DNA of 64,000 nt from Auanema rhodensis. Its lineage: Eukaryota > Animalia > Nematoda. Positions 55,990-64,000 of this stretch are shown here, in pieces. Within the stretch, counting starts at the first letter, position 1. Every line of letters starts with the position of its first letter. The DNA is taken from contig OZ059900.1 in assembly GCA_964057225.1 (NCBI GenBank), positions 13,144,001 through 13,208,000 on the forward strand, given 5' to 3'. Under the pieces are notes generated by a model. The model did not search any database and was not told the origin of the DNA. It was given only the letters and a program-made list of their open reading frames with translations. The translations under genes were made by a program, and so were the position numbers.

Positions 55990-58270
55990 AAGTTAGAGGT
56001 AGTATCTCAATCTAACCAGAGAACTTCTGAGTTGGAAATACATTTTGGAAAGCACACCATGAGTGTGCAATATTGAAAACTGTCTGTCTTAGTATGATTA
56101 TATCACACTATAGATGCCAAAGCAAAACAAATTTGAATATGAACATGACGCGTCTTTTACATTATAGTTTGACCGGATAAAGCTTTGTATAGCTTTGTAC
56201 ACTGATCACATATTCGGCGATAGGCTAGAACAGTTCATAAGTTTCCTGAATAGATTTGGTTCAATTACCCAAGTTAGAGGTAGTATCTCTATCTAACCAG
56301 AGAACTTCTGAGTTGGAAATACATTTTGGAAAGCACACCATGAGTGTGCAATATTGAAAACTGTCTGTCTTAGTATGATTATATGACACTATAGATGCCA
56401 AAGCAAAACAAATTTGAATATGAACATGACGCGTCTTTTACATTATAGTTTGACCGGATAAAGCTTTGTATAGCTTTGTATAGCTTTGTACACTGATCAC
56501 ATATACGGCGATAGGCTAGAACAGTTTATAAGTTTCCTGAATAGATTTGGTTTAATTACCCAAGTTAGAGGTAGTATCTCAATCTAACCAGAGAACTTCT
56601 GAGTTGGAAATACATTTTGGAAAGCACACCATGAGTGTGCAATATTGAAAACTGTCTGTCTTAGTATGATTATATCACACTATAGATGCCAAAGCAAAAC
56701 AAATTTGAATATGAACATGACGCGTCTTTTACATTATAGTTTGACCGGATAAAGCTTTGTATAGCTTTGTACACTGATCACATATTCGGCGATAGGCTAG
56801 AACAGTTCATAAGTTTCCTGAATAGATTTGGTTCAACTACCCAAGTTAGAGGTAGTATCTCTATCTAACCAGAGAACTTCTGAGTTGGAAATACATTTTG
56901 GAAAGCACACCATGAGTGTGCAATATTGAAAACTGTCTGTCTTAGTATGATTATATGACACTATAGATGCCAAAGCAAAACAAATTTGAATATGAACATG
57001 ACGCGTCTTTTACATTATAGTTTGACCGGATAAAGCTTTGTATAGCTTTGTATAGCTTTGTACACTGATCACATATACGGCGATAGGCTAGAACAGTTTA
57101 TAAGTTTCCTGAATAGATTTGGTTTAATTACCCAAGTTAGAGGTAGTATCTCAATCTAACCAGAGAACTTCTGAGTTGGAAATACATTTTGGAAAGCACA
57201 CCATGAGTGTGCAATATTGAAAACTGTCTGTCTTAGTATGATTATATCACACTATAGATGCCAAAGCAAAACAAATTTGAATATGAACATGACGCGTCTT
57301 TTACATTATAGTTTGACCGGATAAAGCTTTGTATAGCTTTGTACACTGATCACATATTCGGCGATAGGCTAGAACAGTTCATATGTTTCCTGAATAGATT
57401 TGGTTCAATTACCCAAGTTAGAGGTAGTATCTCTATCTAACCAGAGAACTTCTGAGTTGGAAATACATTTTGGAAAGCACACCATGAGTGTGCAATATTG
57501 AAAACTGTCTGTCTTAGTATGATTATATGACACTATAGATGCCAAAGCAAAACAAATTTGAATATGAACATGACGCGTCTTTTACATTATAGTTTGACCG
57601 GATAAAGCTTTGTATAGCTTTGTATAGCTTTGTACACTGATCACATATACGGCGATAGGCTAGAACAGTTTATAAGTTTCCTGAATAGATTTGGTTTAAT
57701 TACCCAAGTTAGAGGTAGTATCTCAATCTAACCAGAGAACTTCTGAGTTGGAAATACATTTTGGAAAGCACACCATGAGTGTGCAATATTGAAAACTGTC
57801 TGTCTTAGTATGATTATATCACACTATAGATGCCAAAGCAAAACAAATTTGAATATGAACATGACGCGTCTTTTACATTATAGTTTGACCGGATAAAGCT
57901 TTGTATAGCTTTGTACACTGATCACATATTCGGCGATAGGCTAGAACAGTTCATAAGTTTCCTGAATAGATTTGGTTCAATTACCCAAGTTAGAGGTAGT
58001 ATCTCTATCTAACCAGAGAACTTCTGAGTTGGAAATACATTTTGGAAAGCACACCATGAGTGTGCAATATTGAAAACTGTCTGTCTTAGTATGATTATAT
58101 GACACTATAGATGCCAAAGCAAAACAAATTTGAATATGAACATGACGCGTCTTTTACATTATAGTTTGACCGGATAAAGCTTTGTATAGCTTTGTACACT
58201 GATCACATATTCGGCGATAGGCTAGAACAGTTCATAAGTTTCCTGAATAGATTTGGTTTAATTACCCAAG
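55990..58270 (-). repeat. 572-bp dimer (281+291) higher-order repeat, 4 copies
   Basis: The GGTTCAA marker lies at 56262, 56834, 57406 and 57978 and is linked to TATCAC and ATTCGG. Confidence 0.88.
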
Positions 58271-61200
58271 TTAGAGGTAGTATCTCTATCTAACCAGAGA
58301 ACTTCTGAGTTGGAAATACATTTTGGAAAGCACACCATGAGTGTGCAATATTGAAAACTGTCTGTCTTAGTATGATTATATGACACTATAGATGCCAAAG
58401 CAAAACAAATTTGAATATGAACATGACGCGTCTTTTACATTATAGTTTGACCGGATAAAGCTTTGTATAGCTTCGTATAGCTTTGTACACTGATCACATA
58501 TACGGCGATAGGCTAGAACAGTTTATAAGTTTCCTGAATAGATTTGGTTTAATTACCCAAGTTAGAGGTAGTATCTCAATCTAACCAGAGAACTTCTGAG
58601 TTGGAAATACATTTTGGAAAGCACACCATGAGTGTGCAATATTGAAAACTGTCTGTCTTAGTATGATTATATAACACTACAGATGCTAAAGCAAAATGAA
58701 TTTGAATATGAACATGACGCGTCTTTTACATTATAGTTTGACCGGATAAAGCTTTGTATAGCTTTGTATAGCTTTGTACACTGATCACATATACGGCGAT
58801 AGGCTAGAACAGTTTATAAGTTTCCTGAATAGATTTGGTTTAATTACCCAAGTTAGAGGTAGTATCTCTATCTAACCAGAGAACTTCTGAGTTGGAAATA
58901 CATTTTGGAAAGCACACCATGAGTGTGCAATATTGAAAACTGTCTGTCTTAGTATGATTATATAACACTACAGATGCTAAAGCAAAATGAATTTGAATAT
59001 GAACATGACGCGTCTTTTACATTATAGTTTGACCGGATAAAGCTTTGTATAGCTTTGTATAGCTTTGTACACTGATCACATATACGGCGATAGGCTAGAA
59101 CAGTTCATAAGTTTCCTGAATAGATTTGGTTTAATTACCCAAGTTAGAGGTAGTATCTCTATCTAACCAGAGAACTTCTGAGTTGGAAATACATTTTGGA
59201 AAGCACACCATGAGTGTGCAATATTGAAAACTGTCTGTCTTAGTATGATTATATAACACTACAGATGCTAAAGCAAAATGAATTTGAATATGAACATGAC
59301 GCGTCTTTTACATTATAGTTTGGCAGGATAAACCTTTGTATAGCTTTGTATAGCTTTGTACACTGATCACATATACGGCGATAGGCTAGAACAGTTTATA
59401 AGTTTCCTGAATAGATTTGGTTTAATTACCCAAGTTAGAGGTAGTATCTCAATCTAACCAGAGAACTTCTGAGTTGGAAATACATTTTGGAAAGCACACC
59501 ATGAGTGTGCAATATTGAAAACTGTCTGTCTTAGTATGATTATATAACACTACAGATGCTAAAGCAAAATGAATTTGAATATGAACATGACGCGTCTTTT
59601 ACATTATAGTTTGACCGGATAAAGCTTTGTATAGCTTTGTATAGCTTTGTACACTGATCACATATACGGCGATAGGCTAGAACAGTTCATAAGTTTCCTG
59701 AATAGATTTGGTTTAATTACCCAAGTTAGAGGTAGTATCTCTATCTAACCAGAGAACTTCTGAGTTGGAAATACATTTTGGAAAGCACACCATGAGTGTG
59801 CAATATTGAAAACTGTCTGTCTTAGTATGATTATATGACACTATAGATGCCAAAGCAAAACAAATTTGAATATGAACATGACGCGTCTTTTACATTATAG
59901 TTTGACCGGATAAAGCTTTGCATAGTTTTGTACACTGATCACATATACGGCGATAGGCTAGAACAGTTCATAAGTTTCCTGAATAGATTTGGTTTAATTA
60001 CCCAAGTTAGAGGTAGTATCTCTATCTAACCAGAGAACTTCTGAGTTGGAAATACATTTTGGAAAGCACACCATGAGTGTGCAATATTGAAAACTGTCTG
60101 TCTTAGTATGATTATATAACACTACAGATGCTAAAGCAAAATGAATTTGAATATGAACATGACGCGTCTTTTACATTATAGTTTGACCGGATAAAGCTTT
60201 GTATAGCTTTGTATAGCTTTGTACACTGATCACATATACGGCGATAGGCTAGAACAGTTCATAAGTTTCCTGAATAGATTTGGTTTAATTACCCAAGTTA
60301 GAGGTAGTATCTCTATCTAACCAGAGAACTTCTGAGTTGGAAATACATTTTGGAAAGCACACCATGAGTGTGCAATATTGAAAACTGTCTGTCTTAGTAT
60401 GATTATATGACACTATAGATGCCAAAGCAAAACAAATTTGAATATGAACATGACGCGTCTTTTACATTATAGTTTGACCGGATAAAGCTTTGTATAGCTT
60501 TGTACACTGATCACATATTCGGCGATAGGCTAGAACAGTTCATAAGTTTCCTGAATAGATTTGGTTTAATTACCCAAGTTAGAGGTAGTATCTCTATCTA
60601 ACCAGAGAACTTCTGAGTTGGAAATACATTTTGGAAAGCACACCATGAGTGTGCAATATTGAAAACTGTCTGTCTTAGTATGATTATATGACACTATAGA
60701 TGCCAAAGCAAAACAAATTTGAATATGAACATGACGCGTCTTTTACATTATAGTTTGACCGGATAAAGCTTTGTATAGCTTTGTACACTGATCACATATT
60801 CGGCGATAGGCTAGAACAGTTCATAAGTTTCCTGAATAGATTTGGTTTAATTACCCAAGTTAGAGGTAGTATCTCTATCTAACCAGAGAACTTCTGAGTT
60901 GGAAATACATTTTGGAAAGCACACCATGAGTGTGCAATATTGAAAACTGTCTGTCTTAGTATGATTATATGACACTATAGATGCCAAAGCAAAACAAATT
61001 TGAATATGAACATGACGCGTCTTTTACATTATAGTTTGACCGGATAAAGCTTTGTATAGCTTTGTACACTGATCACATATTCGGCGATAGGCTAGAACAG
61101 TTCATAAGTTTCCTGAATAGATTTGGTTTAATTACCCAAGTTAGAGGTAGTATCTCAATCTAACCAGAGAACTTCTGAGTTGGAAATACATTTTGGAAAG

Positions 61201-64000
61201 CACACCATGAGTGTGCAATATTGAAAACTGTCGGTCTTAATATGATTATATGACACTATAGATGCCAAAGCAAAACAAATTTGAATATGAACATGACGCG
61301 TCTTTTACATTATAGTTTCACCGGATAAAGCTTTGTATAGTTTTGTATAGCTTTGTACACTGATCACATATACGGCGATAGGCTAGAACAGTTCATAAGT
61401 TTCCTGAATAGATTTGGTTTAATTACCCAAGTTAGAGGTAGTATCTCAATCTAACCAGAGAACTTCTGAGTTGGAAATACATTTTGGAAAGCACACCATG
61501 AGTGTGCATCATTGAAAACTGTCTGTCTTAGTATGATTATATGACACTATAGATGATTAAGCAATATGAATTTGATCATGAACATGACGCGTCTTTTACA
61601 TTATAGTTTGGCAGGATAAACCTTTGTATAGCTTTGTACACTGATCACATATACGGCGATAGGCTAGAACAGTTTATAAGTTTCCTGAATAGATTTGGTT
61701 TAATTACCCAAGTTAGAGGTAGTATCTCAATCTAACCAGAGAACTTCTGAGTTGGAAATACATTTTGGAAAGCACACCATGAGTGTGCAATATTGAAAAC
61801 TGTCTGTCTTAGTATGATTATATCACACTATAGATGCCAAAGCAAAACAAATTTGAATATGAACATGACGCGTCTTTTACATTATAGTTTGACCGGATAA
61901 AGCTTTGTATAGCTTTGTACACTGATCACATATTCGGCGATAGGCTAGAACAGTTCATAAGTTTCCTGAATAGATTTGGTTCAATTACCCAAGTTAGAGG
62001 TAGTATCTCTATCTAACCAGAGAACTTCTGAGTTGGAAATACATTTTGGAAAGCACACCATGAGTGTGCAATATTGAAAACTGTCTGTCTTAGTATGATT
62101 ATATGACACTATAGATGCCAAAGCAAAACAAATTTGAATATGAACATGACGCGTCTTTTACATTATAGTTTGACCGGATAAAGCTTTGTATAGCTTTGTA
62201 CACTGATCACATATTCGGCGATAGGCTAGAACAGTTCATAAGTTTCCTGAATAGATTTGGTTTAATTACCCAAGTTAGAGGTAGTATCTCTATCTAACCA
62301 GAGAACTTCTGAGTTGGAAACACATTTTGGAAAGCACACCATGAGTGTGCAATATTGAAAACTGTCTGTCTTAGTATGATTATATGACACTATAGATGCC
62401 AAAGCAAAACAAATTTGAATATGAACATGACGCGTCTTTTACATTATAGTTTCACCGGATAAAGCTTTGTATAGTTTTGTATAGCTTTGTACACTGATCA
62501 CATATACGGCGATAGGCTAGAACAGTTCATAAGTTTCCTGAATAGATTTGGTTTAATTACCCAAGTTAGAGGTAGTATCTCTATCTAACCAGAGAACTTC
62601 TGAGTTGGAAATACATTTTGGAAAGCACACCATGAGTGTGCATCATTGAAAACTGTCTGTCTTAGTATGATTATATGACACAATAGATGATTAAGCAATA
62701 TGAATTTGATCATGAACATGACGCGTCTTTTACATTATAGTTTGGCAGGATAAACCTTTGTATAGCTTTGTATAGCTTTGTACACTGATCACATATACGG
62801 CGATAGGCTAGAACAGTTCATAAGTTTCCTGAATAGATTTGGTTTGATTACCCAAGTTAGAGGTAGTATCTCTATCTAACCAGAGAACTTCTGAGTTGGA
62901 AAAACATTTTGGAAAGCACACCATGAGTGTGCAATATTGAAAACTGTCTGTCTTAGTATGATTATATGACACTATAGATGCCAAAGCAAAACAAATTTGA
63001 ATATGAACATGACGCGTCTTTTACATTATAGTTTGACCGGATAAAGCTTTGTATAGCTTTGTACACTGATCACATATTCGGCGATAGGCTAGAACAGTTC
63101 ATAAGTTTCCTGAATAGATTTGGTTTAATTACCCAAGTTAGAGGTAGTATCTCTATCTAACCAGAGAACTTCTGAGTTGGAAATACATTTTGGAAAGCAC
63201 ACCATGAGTGTGCAATATTGAAAACTGTCTGTCTTAGTATGATTATATGACACTATAGATGCCAAAGCAAAACAAATTTGAATATGAACATGACGCGTCT
63301 TTTACATTATAGTTTGACCGGATAAAGCTTTGTATAGCTTCGTATAGCTTTGTACACTGATCACATATACGGCGATAGGCTAGAACAGTTTATAAGTTTC
63401 CTGAATAGATTTGGTTTAATTACCCAAGTTAGAGGTAGTATCTCAATCTAACCAGAGAACTTCTGAGTTGGAAATACATTTTGGAAAGCACACCATGAGT
63501 GTGCAATATTGAAAACTGTCTGTCTTAATATGATTATATGACACTATAGATGCCAAAGCAAAACAAATTTGAATATGAACATGACGCGTCTTTTACATTA
63601 TAGTTTCACCGGATAAAGCTTTGTATAGTTTTGTATAGCTTTGTACACTGATCACATATACGGCGATAGGCTAGAACAGTTCATAAGTTTCCTGAATAGA
63701 TTTGGTTTAATTACCCAAGTTAGAGGTAGTATCTCAATCTAACCAGAGAACTTCTGAGTTCGAAATACATTTTGGAAAGCACACCATGAGTGTGCAATAT
63801 TGAAAACTGTATGTCTTAGTATGATTATATGACACTATAGATGATTAAGCAATATGAATTTGATCATGAACATGACGCGTCTTTTACATTATAGTTTGGC
63901 AGGATAAACCTTTGTATAGCTTTGTATAGCTTTGTACACTGATCACATATACGGCGATAGGCTAGAACAGTTTATAAGTTTCCTGAATAGATTTGGTTTA

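Larger units (their letters stand above)
15861..64000 (-). repeat. Same satellite in reverse-complement orientation (~165-170 monomers), running off the window end
   Basis: The sequence reads CCAGAGAACTTCTGAGTT, the reverse complement of the monomer start. ORF-track spacings are sums of monomer lengths (19280->19581 = 301; 26023->28642 = 9x291; 30398->32726 = 8x291). Confidence 0.99.

Noticed and set aside
1-64000. CRISPR array
   Set aside because: There are no unique spacers, the whole 281-301 bp unit is repeated, and no cas genes are present.

Overview
The whole 64 kb is one AT-rich tandem satellite (about 34% GC, counted on monomer 1-291) of roughly 220 near-identical monomers. There are no supportable genes, RNA genes, CRISPR arrays or transposons, and every ORF in the track is a by-product of the repeat. 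Monomers are 281, 291 or 301 bp, depending only on whether an internal 10-bp unit (TACAAAGCTA) is present 2, 3 or 4 times. The array runs on + from 1 to ~15861 and on - from ~15861 to the end, forming a large tail-to-tail quasi-palindrome with a 56-60 bp unpaired centre. A second junction at 10408-10475 is a ~173-bp deletion filled by an inverted copy of adjacent sequence, giving a perfect 32-bp hairpin. The two junctions bracket a homogeneous block of one variant monomer class. Diagnostic SNPs reveal blocks of monomer classes (A, B, C) and local higher-order repeats of 2-7, 12 and 13 monomers. This organisation is typical of eukaryotic centromeric or pericentromeric satellite, but I cannot identify the organism or satellite family, and centromere function is inference only. 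I see no new protein-coding system; the interest lies in array architecture and mutation signatures. All comparisons were made by eye.
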